Part shown: one piece after another, positions 1 to 8,218 of the stretch | How the letters are laid out: every line of letters starts with the position of its first letter | Numbering within the stretch: position 1 is the stretch's first letter | Source: a virus | Strand: one strand, 5' to 3' | IMG/VR virus record: IMGVR_UViG_3300044856_000216 | Coordinates: 1-64,000 of that record | Length of the DNA stretch: 64,000 nt | Made by a program: the position numbers and the translations under genes | The notes under the pieces: generated by a model | What the model was told of the DNA's origin: nothing | The model's database searches: none | What the model saw: the letters and a program-made list of their open reading frames with translations, nothing else

Positions 1-731
1 CATTGAACTTGTCTATTAACTGAGAGTGTTTTATTCTCAAAATCAATATCTTCCCATACAAGTCCATATATCTCTCCCAAGCGTAATCCTGTATGATAAC
101 CAATCATAATAGGGATATAAGCTGATGTACCTTCTGGGAATCTTTCAAATATTTTTTGCATAACTTCTTGAGGAATATATACGTGTTTCTTACTTCTTGT
201 TGCTTTCTTTGGTTGTTTCTTTGTCGGAACTACTAAATTTATTGCAGGTGTTGATATGATATAATGCCTATCTAAAGCATAAGTAAATGATTTTGTTAAT
301 AATCCTTTAACTGAGTTTACTGTATTGATTGAGTAGCCTTCATCATACATTTTGGTAATGAAATCTTGCAGAGTATCTTTGGTGATAGTTTTTAGCTTAT
401 ATGAGCCAATTTCAGGTTTGATATATAATCTAATCTTTTTCTCATACCCTACAAGTGTAGAAGATTTGCAAGTGAGTTTACAGTCTTTCTCCAACCACAT
501 ATCTAAGAAATCGGCATATGACATATCTGAAGGTTCAACAACTTGTCCCACATGTTCATATGCTTGTTGTGCTATCTTACCAGCTTCTTTGGCTTCTCTC
601 TTTGTAGCAAAGCCAGATTTAGACTTCCATTGACGTTTGCCATCTACAGAAGCAACTTCAAACCGATATTCATATACTACTTTACCACTGTTACGAGTTC
701 TTGCTTTAATTAATACATCGCCCATAGTCAT
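1..731 (-). CDS. int: Tyrosine recombinase (phage integrase), N-terminal ~243 codons; 3' end lies beyond the window edge
   Basis: Hand translation from ATG 731..729 with AAAGGAG SD just upstream. MTMGDVLIKARTRNSGKVVYEYRFEVASVDGKRQWKSKSGFATKREAKEAG is an arm-type N-terminal DNA-binding domain. TLVGYEKKIRLYIKPEIGSYKL is a SAM-like core-binding domain. IMIGYHTGLRLGEIYGLVWEDID carries the box I Arg. Absent from the ORF track because it is open at position 1. Confidence 0.8.
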   Translation of the reverse strand, partial: MTMGDVLIKARTRNSGKVVYEYRFEVASVDGKRQWKSKSGFATKREAKEAGKIAQQAYEHVGQVVEPSDMSYADFLDMWLEKDCKLTCKSSTLVGYEKKIRLYIKPEIGSYKLKTITKDTLQDFITKMYDEGYSINTVNSVKGLLTKSFTYALDRHYIISTPAINLVVPTKKQPKKATRSKKHVYIPQEVMQKIFERFPEGTSAYIPIMIGYHTGLRLGEIYGLVWEDIDFENKTLSVNRQVQ

Positions 732-777
732 ACTCCTTTCAAGAACAGATGTTCCTTTTATTAGGAGTATAACATAC

Positions 778-867
778 CTCGTCCACATTTTCAATATTAT
801 TTTCTCGTCCACATTTTAAATTTACGTGGACGAGATGTGGACATTTCAATATTATTCTCGTCCACAT
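778..867. promoter_or_regulatory. Cluster of CTCGTCCACAT 11-mers upstream of int: direct copies at 778, 804 and 857, inverted and partial copies at 824-844
   Basis: Exact 11-mer seen three times in direct orientation (26- and 53-bp spacing), plus an inverted ACGTGGACGAG/ATGTGGACAT pair. Part of a larger ~30-bp repeat (CCACATTTTCAATATTATT). Confidence 0.6.
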
Positions 868-945
868 GCACTTTTATAAAAAATAAGAGAGCCTTCGGAT
901 TTCTCCAAAGACTCTCCAAAAAGCCTATAAAATCAAGCTTTCTAT

Positions 946-1026
946 TTAGAATTTGCCCTCATCAGCAGCCTGCTGAACAGAAACGGCAACTGCTACTGTA
1001 GCACCAACCATTGGGTTATTACCCAT
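946..1026 (-). other. GC-rich island with a 26-codon ORF lacking an SD (MGNNPMVGATVAVAVSVQQAADEGKF); candidate att core or host-gene 3' remnant
   Basis: Local GC is clearly above the flanks. The ORF has no SD and sits between the two groups of 11-mer repeats. Confidence 0.3.
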
Positions 1027-1166
1027 TCTAAAGCTATTTGTTTTTTCTATATTATATTATTATTTAATATGTCATATAATGCCGATAAATAAAGGCTTTA
1101 CACGAAATGGTCTATGATGATTTTTGATGTTTTATTCCTTGTTGTCTTTATGTGTGATTATCTCGA

Positions 1167-1188
1167 ATGTGGACGAGATGTGGACGAG
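1167..1188. promoter_or_regulatory. Tandem ATGTGGACGAG x2, the inverted orientation of the 778-867 repeats
   Basis: Two perfect back-to-back copies of the reverse complement of CTCGTCCACAT. Confidence 0.6.
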
Positions 1189-1210
1189 AAAGCGTGTTAG
1201 AAACGTTTAC

Positions 1211-1248
1211 AATAAAATAGGAATGATATATTTATTATACCATTCCTA
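1211..1248 (-). terminator. Rho-independent terminator after the xis-like gene
   Basis: Minus strand reads TAGGAATG - 15 nt - CATTCCTA (8-bp stem) followed by TTTTATT, starting 8 nt after the stop at 1256. Confidence 0.6.
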
Positions 1249-1255
1249 CCTATTA

Positions 1256-1483
1256 TTATGCAATATTTAATTCTTTTATGTGGTCAAGGTCAGATAAATC
1301 CATTCCCTCATACTTCTTTGTGAACTCATCAAGAGTCTCTTTTCTTATTTTAAGACTACCTAATTTAAGTGCAGGGAGTAATCCTTTGTTGATAAGGTCA
1401 TATACAAGATGGATACTTACTCCTAATGTAGCTGATGCCTCTTTTACTGTATACAGCATTTTATCTTCTTTATTCATAATCAC
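1256..1483 (-). CDS. xis: Excisionase-family helix-turn-helix DNA-binding protein
   Basis: [44 protein letters not shown] matches the Xis/MerR-like HTH_17 pattern. Located next to int. Confidence 0.6.
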   Translation of the reverse strand: MIMNKEDKMLYTVKEASATLGVSIHLVYDLINKGLLPALKLGSLKIRKETLDEFTKKYEGMDLSDLDHIKELNIA

Positions 1484-1911
1484 GCCTTTCCGGTTGAACC
1501 AATCCCTCCACGAGACACTTTATCTAAATGCTCTACTTCCTCGAACTCAATCTCTGGCTGAATCCTCTGAATCTCAAACTGACATATCCTATCATTCTTA
1601 TTAATTGTTGTGTCTCTAAGTGCTATTGCAGGAAACATCCACTGATCATTCTCCCCACAATAACTTTCGTCTACCTGCCCAACTGAATTTGCAAGAATGA
1701 TACCAAAATTCTTATATGTACTACTTCTTGGATATATATTCGCCTTGTAACCGTTAGGTAACTTCATTCCGACTCCCAACGGAATCAAATGAAACTCGCC
1801 TTTCTTTAGTTCTACTGTCTCGGCACTTCTAAGGTCAATTAAGTCACCTTTGCTTATTTTCTCTACCTTATCTATCTCATTATCAAAATATTTAATCTTA
1901 ATTGTTTCCAT
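1480..1911 (-). CDS. dut: dUTP diphosphatase (trimeric dUTPase)
   Basis: [48 protein letters not shown] and the C-terminal RGGIGSTG motif. Start moved to ATG 1911 (METIKIKYF), which has AGGAGAG 9 nt upstream. Confidence 0.85.
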   Translation of the reverse strand: METIKIKYFDNEIDKVEKISKGDLIDLRSAETVELKKGEFHLIPLGVGMKLPNGYKANIYPRSSTYKNFGIILANSVGQVDESYCGENDQWMFPAIALRDTTINKNDRICQFEIQRIQPEIEFEEVEHLDKVSRGGIGSTGKA

Positions 1912-1958
1912 GTTGCTTTCTCTCCTATCTTTCTTCTGATGCTTTATTGATAAAATCA

Positions 1959-2087
1959 TTAAGACTTAGAGTTGTCTGCATCTCGCTCTCTCCTGTCCTC
2001 TTCATTATGTGTAGCTACACATAATGCCATAATTGATGTTCCAACAAGTCCACCGATTATAAAACTTATTACGCCTACTGCTATCAT
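1959..2087 (-). CDS. Small membrane protein (42 aa)
   Basis: Strong SD AGGAGGA 5 nt before ATG 2087. [42 protein letters not shown] has one TM helix and a charged tail. Below the ORF-track size cutoff. Confidence 0.5.
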   Translation of the reverse strand: MIAVGVISFIIGGLVGTSIMALCVATHNEEDRRERDADNSKS

Positions 2088-2099
2088 AATTAATCCTCC

Positions 2100-2639
2100 T
2101 TAATCACAATATAAAACTATTTTGTTCTGAGCAAGAGATTGTTTTGCATCAATTACCCTTTGGTTTGAACTGCCTCGCCACTTGAGCGTTATATCTCTCT
2201 GTTCATCTATATATTCTCCGTCTACAAGTACGTCACACAGTTTCACGATAGACTGACACAATACTTTATCTTCCCATTCACTATCTAATGGATAATGTAT
2301 TCCGTTTATTAAATCTTCAAATTTATATCCTGTATATAACCAGATAGTTTTTTCAGGAAAAGAAATACGGATTTCTTTAATTAGAGACAAGACTTCATCG
2401 AGGTTTTGTTCTGCCAAAGGTTCGCCCCCTAGAACAGAAATTCGATTAATATATGGTCTATCAATAAGCTTTATAAATTTATTTTTTGTTTCTTCTGTCC
2501 ATTCTTTACCACCATTAAAATCCCAAGTATCAGGATTAAAACAGTTAAAACAATGTCTGTCACACCCTTGAACGAAGAGGGAGACTCCAACTCCCTCTCC
2601 ATTTGAAATATCAAGATTACGCATACTTGCAAATCTCAT
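2100..2639 (-). CDS. nrdG: Anaerobic ribonucleotide reductase activating protein (radical SAM)
   Basis: NGEGVGVSLFVQGCDRHCFNCFNPDTWDF (CX3CX2C cluster), GGEPL, and a position directly downstream of nrdD. Confidence 0.85.
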   Translation of the reverse strand: MRFASMRNLDISNGEGVGVSLFVQGCDRHCFNCFNPDTWDFNGGKEWTEETKNKFIKLIDRPYINRISVLGGEPLAEQNLDEVLSLIKEIRISFPEKTIWLYTGYKFEDLINGIHYPLDSEWEDKVLCQSIVKLCDVLVDGEYIDEQRDITLKWRGSSNQRVIDAKQSLAQNKIVLYCD

Positions 2640-2641
2640 AT

Positions 2642-5600
2642 TTAATCCTCCGTATATTCCATGTCATCCAAATGATAAACACGATCATGAATGTCGCCAT
2701 ATCTACCCTGATTACCACCATTTTTTGCAGTGCCAATATAACCACAAACTCTAAATGCTATATCCATTGTTGTATTGTCAGTATTCCCACAGCTAGGACA
2801 CTCCCATTTAAGTCTATTGTTTTCGTCTGATACAAGAGGAATATCACCATCAAAGCCACATTTTTCACAATAACAACTCTTTGTATTAATCTCTGCATAC
2901 ATGATGTTGTTATAAATAAACTTAATAACTTCTAATATAGCAGGAATATTATGACTCATACTTGGTATTTCGATATATGAAATTGCTCCTCCTGGACTTA
3001 ATTTTTGAAATTTTGATTCGATTCTTAACTTTTCAAATGCTGTGATATGTTCAAAGACAGGAATATGATATGAATTAGTAATATAATTTCTATCGAAACC
3101 ATCTAATTTTTCAAAGATATCGTTACCGAAACGAGATTTTAGGCACTTTGCAAATTTGTAAGTTGTGGACTCTAATGGTGTTCCGTACAAACTATAATCA
3201 ATATTTTCTGCTTGTTTCCACTGATTACATTTATCATTTAACGCCTGCATAACCTTTAATCCAAACTCTTCGCCAATTCCTTCATCCGAATGAGAGTGAC
3301 CAGTCATAAATTTTACACATTCATATAAACCAGCATAACCAAGTGATATTGTAGAATAACCATCATAAAGAAGTCTGTCGATTTTCTCATGTTTCTTTAA
3401 TCTAGCATATGCTCCATGCTGCCATAGAATAGGTGCTACATCAGAAGATGTGCCAAGTAATCGCTCATGTCTTGCTCTTAATGCTTTATGACATAATTCC
3501 GTTCTTTCCTCAAAGATTTCCCAAAACTTATCAAAATCTCCGTCAGATGAAAAAGCAATATCTGGAAGAGAAATCGTTACAACGCCCTGATTGAATCGTC
3601 CATAATATTTATGTTTATTCGGATCAAAGTTCTTTGCATTTGCAATATTTCCCACTTTATCTGTAAATCTATCTACAGTAAGGAAACTTCGGCAATTGTG
3701 ACTATAAATACCACTAACTTCAAAATGCTCACTAGATGTTGTCACATCATAACTATACATTTCTTTATGAATCGGATTAATCTTGATAACCTCTGATTCA
3801 ATAGCATATCCTGATACATTTGATTCAATATAGTTATCACATTTCTTTTTGCATACAATGTAATTAACTAATTCATCAGTTGGGTAAAATTCAACCCTAT
3901 ATCTAATCAATTCTGGATTTTTCTTTGTGTAATGATTATGATATATTTTAGCTGGGATTCCAATAGATTGTGCTAACGCCATTTGCTGAAGTGCTAATTC
4001 TTTATTAGTAGAGCCGATTTGAACAGTAGAAAAGTTATTTTCATTTTGATGTGAATTGATATATCCGTCTGCATCAATCATTCCTGCAAAAAAGGCAAGC
4101 TTCGCTTCATAATTCCATGAGAATACTTCATTCGGAATTTGTCTATTTACTTTATTTATACCGCCAAATTTTGATGTAAAATAATTTGTCACATATTGAA
4201 TTCCACCGTTATTATCTGAAATTGCACATAAATCTTTGTATGTTCCTTTTTTACCACGTTCTTGTAGAATTGTTTTAACATTCAGTCCGAAATATTTAGT
4301 AAATGTATTGCTAAATTTTTCTTCAATTTCATCTTCTCCTGTTGCAGCAATAGACGCAAATACATGATTATTTTGATAACACCCATCACATAACATAAAT
4401 CCTAATAGCCATGCTTTATCAGCATTGAATATAATTGATTCTTCATTATATTGATTTGAGTTGATTAAGATTTTGTCTCCAAGTTTCAATTCTGATGCGT
4501 GTACATTTCTACCATCTCTTAATGTTAATGGATGATCTGTTGTACATAATAATCTTCTACCATTAGAAAAGTCCACATCCAACCATTCACTTGATACATT
4601 ACGAATAATTCTTTTTGTATCAACAAATCCTTTTTCTGTATCATAAATCGTTACTTCTGATAAATCCATATATAAATTAGGATTATCTTCGGAATACTGG
4701 TGTTTGATTTCAAATGAATCAGACAACCTCCTCCACATTCTTTCGAATGATTCTACATATAAATTATTCTTAATCTTATATGTGATAAGTTCTTTTCCGT
4801 CAACACACCCCATACATGTATAGACATCACCTTTTAATTCAAGCATCATTTTTTCAGATATGTAATCAGGGACAAGCCTCTTAGATGTACATTTAGCTGC
4901 TAATTCTGTAAGATACCAGTACTTTGAATCCTCTGTGATATTATCTTCTTCTAATACATAGATAAGTTTAGGAAATGCAGGTGCAATATAAACACCCTCT
5001 TCGTTTTTTACGCCTTGAATTCTTTGGCGAAGTATCTCTTCGATTAACATCGCTAAGTCAGCTTTCTCTTGATTGTTCTTTGCTTCGTTCAGATACATAA
5101 AAATTGTGATAAAAGGTGCTTGTCCATTTGTTGTCATAAGTGTGACTAACTGATACTGAATTGTCTGAACACCTTTTTCTATTTCTTCTTTTAATCGTTC
5201 ATTTGTTATATTAATGACTTCTGCAAGGTCTTCATTATACTCACTAATCAATCCATTATTATATAATTCTTCTGTTACTTTCTTTCTGATTGATTTTCTA
5301 CTTACATCAACAAATGGGGCTAAATGTGCTAGAGAAATACTTTGTCCACCATACTGATTACTGGCAATCTGAGCAATTGCCTGTGTCTCGATATTGCAAG
5401 CAGTCGAAAAACTATGTGGCGTTTCAATAAGAGTTTCGCTAATTACGGTATTATTTTGAAGCATATCTTCAGAATTGACCAACCCACAGTTATTCATATG
5501 CTGTAAGAAGTAATCAGCATCATGAAAATGAATTAGTCCTTCGTTATGAGCTTGAATTATGTCAGGAGATAATAAATATCTTTTTGTCATATCTGTACTA

Positions 5601-6004
5601 ACAGATCCAGCAATATAATCTCTTTTAGTAGGATTTAATGTTGGATTTTTGTTTGCATTTTCATCTTTCCAATATTCATCTTTGTCTTCCACAAGGTCAT
5701 AAATCTCTATATCTGTTGTATTCTCATTCTCTCTTTGGAACTCACGAATACTTCTATATCCTTCATAAGCTTTTGCAGTAAGTCTCTGTTTCTTGGTGAT
5801 TAACTTATCAAACACCATTGACTCAATATCAGATACACTTACCTCATTCTTATCTTTACATTCATTTTCAATCTCATTTGCAATATCTTCTGCAATCTTT
5901 GGTTTTACAATACCTGAACCATTTTTCATTGCTTTAAGAATTGCTGCTGAAATTTTTGATTTATCAAAATCAACTTCTGAACAATCTCTCTTAATTACTT
6001 TCAA
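2642..6004 (-). CDS. nrdD: Anaerobic (class III) ribonucleoside-triphosphate reductase, interrupted in frame by an intein
   Basis: ATP-cone-like N-terminus, a C-terminal Zn ribbon (CEKCGF...CPSCG) and the glycyl-radical motif RVCGYIG. TTG start at 6004 preceded by AGGAGAATAA. An extra ~371 aa sits between YTCMG and CRSFLT. Confidence 0.9.
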   Translation of the reverse strand: MKVIKRDCSEVDFDKSKISAAILKAMKNGSGIVKPKIAEDIANEIENECKDKNEVSVSDIESMVFDKLITKKQRLTAKAYEGYRSIREFQRENENTTDIEIYDLVEDKDEYWKDENANKNPTLNPTKRDYIAGSVSTDMTKRYLLSPDIIQAHNEGLIHFHDADYFLQHMNNCGLVNSEDMLQNNTVISETLIETPHSFSTACNIETQAIAQIASNQYGGQSISLAHLAPFVDVSRKSIRKKVTEELYNNGLISEYNEDLAEVINITNERLKEEIEKGVQTIQYQLVTLMTTNGQAPFITIFMYLNEAKNNQEKADLAMLIEEILRQRIQGVKNEEGVYIAPAFPKLIYVLEEDNITEDSKYWYLTELAAKCTSKRLVPDYISEKMMLELKGDVYTCMGCVDGKELITYKIKNNLYVESFERMWRRLSDSFEIKHQYSEDNPNLYMDLSEVTIYDTEKGFVDTKRIIRNVSSEWLDVDFSNGRRLLCTTDHPLTLRDGRNVHASELKLGDKILINSNQYNEESIIFNADKAWLLGFMLCDGCYQNNHVFASIAATGEDEIEEKFSNTFTKYFGLNVKTILQERGKKGTYKDLCAISDNNGGIQYVTNYFTSKFGGINKVNRQIPNEVFSWNYEAKLAFFAGMIDADGYINSHQNENNFSTVQIGSTNKELALQQMALAQSIGIPAKIYHNHYTKKNPELIRYRVEFYPTDELVNYIVCKKKCDNYIESNVSGYAIESEVIKINPIHKEMYSYDVTTSSEHFEVSGIYSHNCRSFLTVDRFTDKVGNIANAKNFDPNKHKYYGRFNQGVVTISLPDIAFSSDGDFDKFWEIFEERTELCHKALRARHERLLGTSSDVAPILWQHGAYARLKKHEKIDRLLYDGYSTISLGYAGLYECVKFMTGHSHSDEGIGEEFGLKVMQALNDKCNQWKQAENIDYSLYGTPLESTTYKFAKCLKSRFGNDIFEKLDGFDRNYITNSYHIPVFEHITAFEKLRIESKFQKLSPGGAISYIEIPSMSHNIPAILEVIKFIYNNIMYAEINTKSCYCEKCGFDGDIPLVSDENNRLKWECPSCGNTDNTTMDIAFRVCGYIGTAKNGGNQGRYGDIHDRVYHLDDMEYTED
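3695..4807 (-). mobile_element. Intein (371 aa) with a LAGLIDADG homing-endonuclease domain inside NrdD
   Basis: Begins with Cys (CVDGKEL) and ends ...GIYSHN followed by extein Cys (CRSFL). Two LAGLIDADG blocks are present: LLGFMLCDGC and FFAGMIDADGY. Confidence 0.85.
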
Positions 6005-6194
6005 ATTTATTCTCCTTTCTTTTCTCCATTCGTTTATTCAGTATAAAATCTGCATATCCACTGTTTTCGTTACACGTATACTCAAAGTTACTCCAACTTT
6101 GATACTTATTTGCCGTAGCAGTTGACCTATAACACTTATCTTTCATAGGACAATTATCACTACTGCACATTGATATATCTGGCATATATTTCAC
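5991..6194 (-). CDS. Hypothetical Cys-rich protein
   Basis: Co-oriented ORF in tight minus-strand tiling with a MCSSDNCPMKDKCYR motif. No family recognised. Confidence 0.45.
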   Translation of the reverse strand: MKYMPDISMCSSDNCPMKDKCYRSTATANKYQSWSNFEYTCNENSGYADFILNKRMEKRKENKFESN

Positions 6195-6437
6195 CTACCT
6201 TATTATATTTTTACCACTCATTTCATTGCACATAAGAGCTTTATGTATACAACTGTCATCCATATTTGCATAAGTTTTTACACTTGTAATATGGTCAATT
6301 ATATATTCTCTGTCTCCAATGATAACTGTTATAAAATTATCTTCCATATCTTTTAGCTCTCTCATTAATTGACGAGTGGTAGTTATCCCACCACTATAAG
6401 CGATGGGACGTAAACCACTATAATTTATCTTAATCAC
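6195..6437 (-). CDS. Hypothetical protein
   Basis: Co-oriented ORF in tight minus-strand tiling. No family recognised. Confidence 0.45.
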   Translation of the reverse strand: MIKINYSGLRPIAYSGGITTTRQLMRELKDMEDNFITVIIGDREYIIDHITSVKTYANMDDSCIHKALMCNEMSGKNIIR

Positions 6438-6972
6438 CCCATTTCAATACTTTATTCACAACATCTGAAAGCTCTTTTCCTTCATTATTATAAATAATTC
6501 GATTTGCCAGCATCTCAGCTCCACGAAAATCTACATTATCAGCTTTCATTCTTCTTTCAGCTTCTTCTTTATTATCACCACGTTTTAATAACCTATTTTT
6601 AATTGTAATTTGATTGGCATATATGTATATAACTTTGGGATTTATACCCTTAGAAATAAAAGTATTTACACCATCAGGTGGTAGAATTGATACCATTTTA
6701 GAGTCTTTTTCATAATCTTCTTTTGCTGTGCCGTAGTACCATAAGCCATTTTCAGAAAGATATTTTCTATATTCAAGGAAAAACCCATCATTTATTTTGC
6801 TAATGAATTCATCCTCTGAAATAAAATGGTATGTTTGGTCTTGAACTTCGCCATCTCTCATTGGGCGAGTCGTGTAAGATACAAGGTTCTCATAACCATG
6901 CTTGTTCACTAATTCATTTGTAATAGTGTCTTTGCCAGAACACGATTTACCCATTAACACCAGTAAACTCAT
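6430..6972 (-). CDS. gmk: Guanylate kinase-like nucleoside monophosphate kinase
   Basis: P-loop GKSCSGKDT and the guanylate-kinase signature YTTRPMRDGEVQDQTYHFISEDEF. Confidence 0.7.
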   Translation of the reverse strand: MSLLVLMGKSCSGKDTITNELVNKHGYENLVSYTTRPMRDGEVQDQTYHFISEDEFISKINDGFFLEYRKYLSENGLWYYGTAKEDYEKDSKMVSILPPDGVNTFISKGINPKVIYIYANQITIKNRLLKRGDNKEEAERRMKADNVDFRGAEMLANRIIYNNEGKELSDVVNKVLKWGD

Positions 6973-7133
6973 GACTCAACCACCCAATTAACTATGTGAC
7001 CGTCATTTATAATAACGTTCTTATTTTTAAATCTGTGAAGGTTTTCGCAATCTTCTAATGTTACTAAGTCAACATCAATTCCTAAATAAGTATCCATACT
7101 ATCTGGAATAGGAATATCGTGAACAAATTCCAT
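6969..7133 (-). CDS. Hypothetical protein (start uncertain)
   Basis: ATG 7133 (MEFVHDIPIP) has AAGGAGG 11 nt upstream. The longer track start (7163) overlaps the upstream gene further. Confidence 0.4.
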   Translation of the reverse strand: MEFVHDIPIPDSMDTYLGIDVDLVTLEDCENLHRFKNKNVIINDGHIVNWVVES

Positions 7134-7362
7134 TGAACAGTTCAACCTCCTTCTCATCATCACTGTTAATTCTTACAGTAACAGGATGTGTTGATATGCT
7201 AACCATACCCATAAATGACTTGGCATCTACTATCTGATGCTCGTAACAGCCATCTACATCAGCAGAAATTTTACTTATTAATAATCGGACGAACTCTTCC
7301 AAATCGGTTAAGCTGTCCAAATTTAAAGTGAATTCTTTTCTCATAAATTCTTTGGAACTCAT
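7099..7362 (-). CDS. HPr-like fold protein; active-site His region not evident
   Basis: VDAKSFMGMVSISTHPVTVRINSDDEKE resembles the HPr block V.LKSIMGVMSLG....I.I.A.G.DE. No GIHARPA-type motif is present. Confidence 0.35.
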   Translation of the reverse strand: MSSKEFMRKEFTLNLDSLTDLEEFVRLLISKISADVDGCYEHQIVDAKSFMGMVSISTHPVTVRINSDDEKEVELFNGICSRYSYSR

Positions 7363-7371
7363 TTTTCCTCC

Positions 7372-8166
7372 TTATTTGTATATTCTTATTTGTGTTACTG
7401 GACTATTCCATTCTTGACATACACTCGACATATCACCTGCTCTTTTAGCATTTATATCTAATGCAGACTTGTCTACAACAAACTCGCTTAAGCAATCAGT
7501 CTCTTTGGTGATTATATTGCTTGAATCAGTATGTATATCAGCCTTTTCATCGGACATAATGCAAGGAATCACAGTGCCATTTGCCAGAACTAAATCAAAC
7601 TCATCGCCAATTTCACATCCAAAATATGAACCAAGAGCCACACAATATCTATCTCCAACCATGCGAATACCATACTTACCAGTATAAGCGGTCTGTTGAA
7701 GTTTGTATTGAGGACTTTTTCTATTTGTAATAGCTGTGTATGGCATCCATGTTTTATGTGCCGCATATGGCACTTCAAACATTTCAAACTCAGCTTCATG
7801 ATCTTGAAGATAGTCCTTGTTAATGTAATAGATATTATCATTCCAATATATTAAGTCCCATTCGTTATCAAATGAAGCTACACTAACTTGCTGATTCCAG
7901 AGCAACGTGGTTACAATCTCTGAATCAGTATTCGGTTTGGTTCTTACATTAACACTGGTTGTAGTCCAATAAGGTTCAAATGTGGTTTCAGATGCCCATG
8001 CAGATGCAAGTGTATCACTTACACCTGCATTCATCTCCAACCAAGGTTTGTAATCGCAGTCGTATTTACTAATGTCTTCATTCTCAGCCCCATAAACAGG
8101 GGCGACAGAAGTTGCAGATATAGCAAAGGCGACCACTAACATAGTTGCTAGTTTCTTTCTCTTCAT
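7372..8166 (-). CDS. Secreted protein, possible SH3-like plus cell-wall-active domain
   Basis: Signal peptide MKRKKLATMLVVAFAISATSVAPVYGA. The TTTSVNVRTKPNTDSEIV stretch is SH3b-like. Assignment of the C-terminal domain is tentative. Confidence 0.4.
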   Translation of the reverse strand: MKRKKLATMLVVAFAISATSVAPVYGAENEDISKYDCDYKPWLEMNAGVSDTLASAWASETTFEPYWTTTSVNVRTKPNTDSEIVTTLLWNQQVSVASFDNEWDLIYWNDNIYYINKDYLQDHEAEFEMFEVPYAAHKTWMPYTAITNRKSPQYKLQQTAYTGKYGIRMVGDRYCVALGSYFGCEIGDEFDLVLANGTVIPCIMSDEKADIHTDSSNIITKETDCLSEFVVDKSALDINAKRAGDMSSVCQEWNSPVTQIRIYK

Positions 8167-8218
8167 ATATATAGTTTCCTTTCATTTTATTGAATTGGTA
8201 CACTAATATATTCTCTTT

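Noticed and set aside
946-1026. Treating the 26-codon GC-rich ORF as a real gene
   Set aside because: It has no SD and is very short. Its composition is unlike that of neighbouring genes. It is better explained as an att-core or host-gene remnant.
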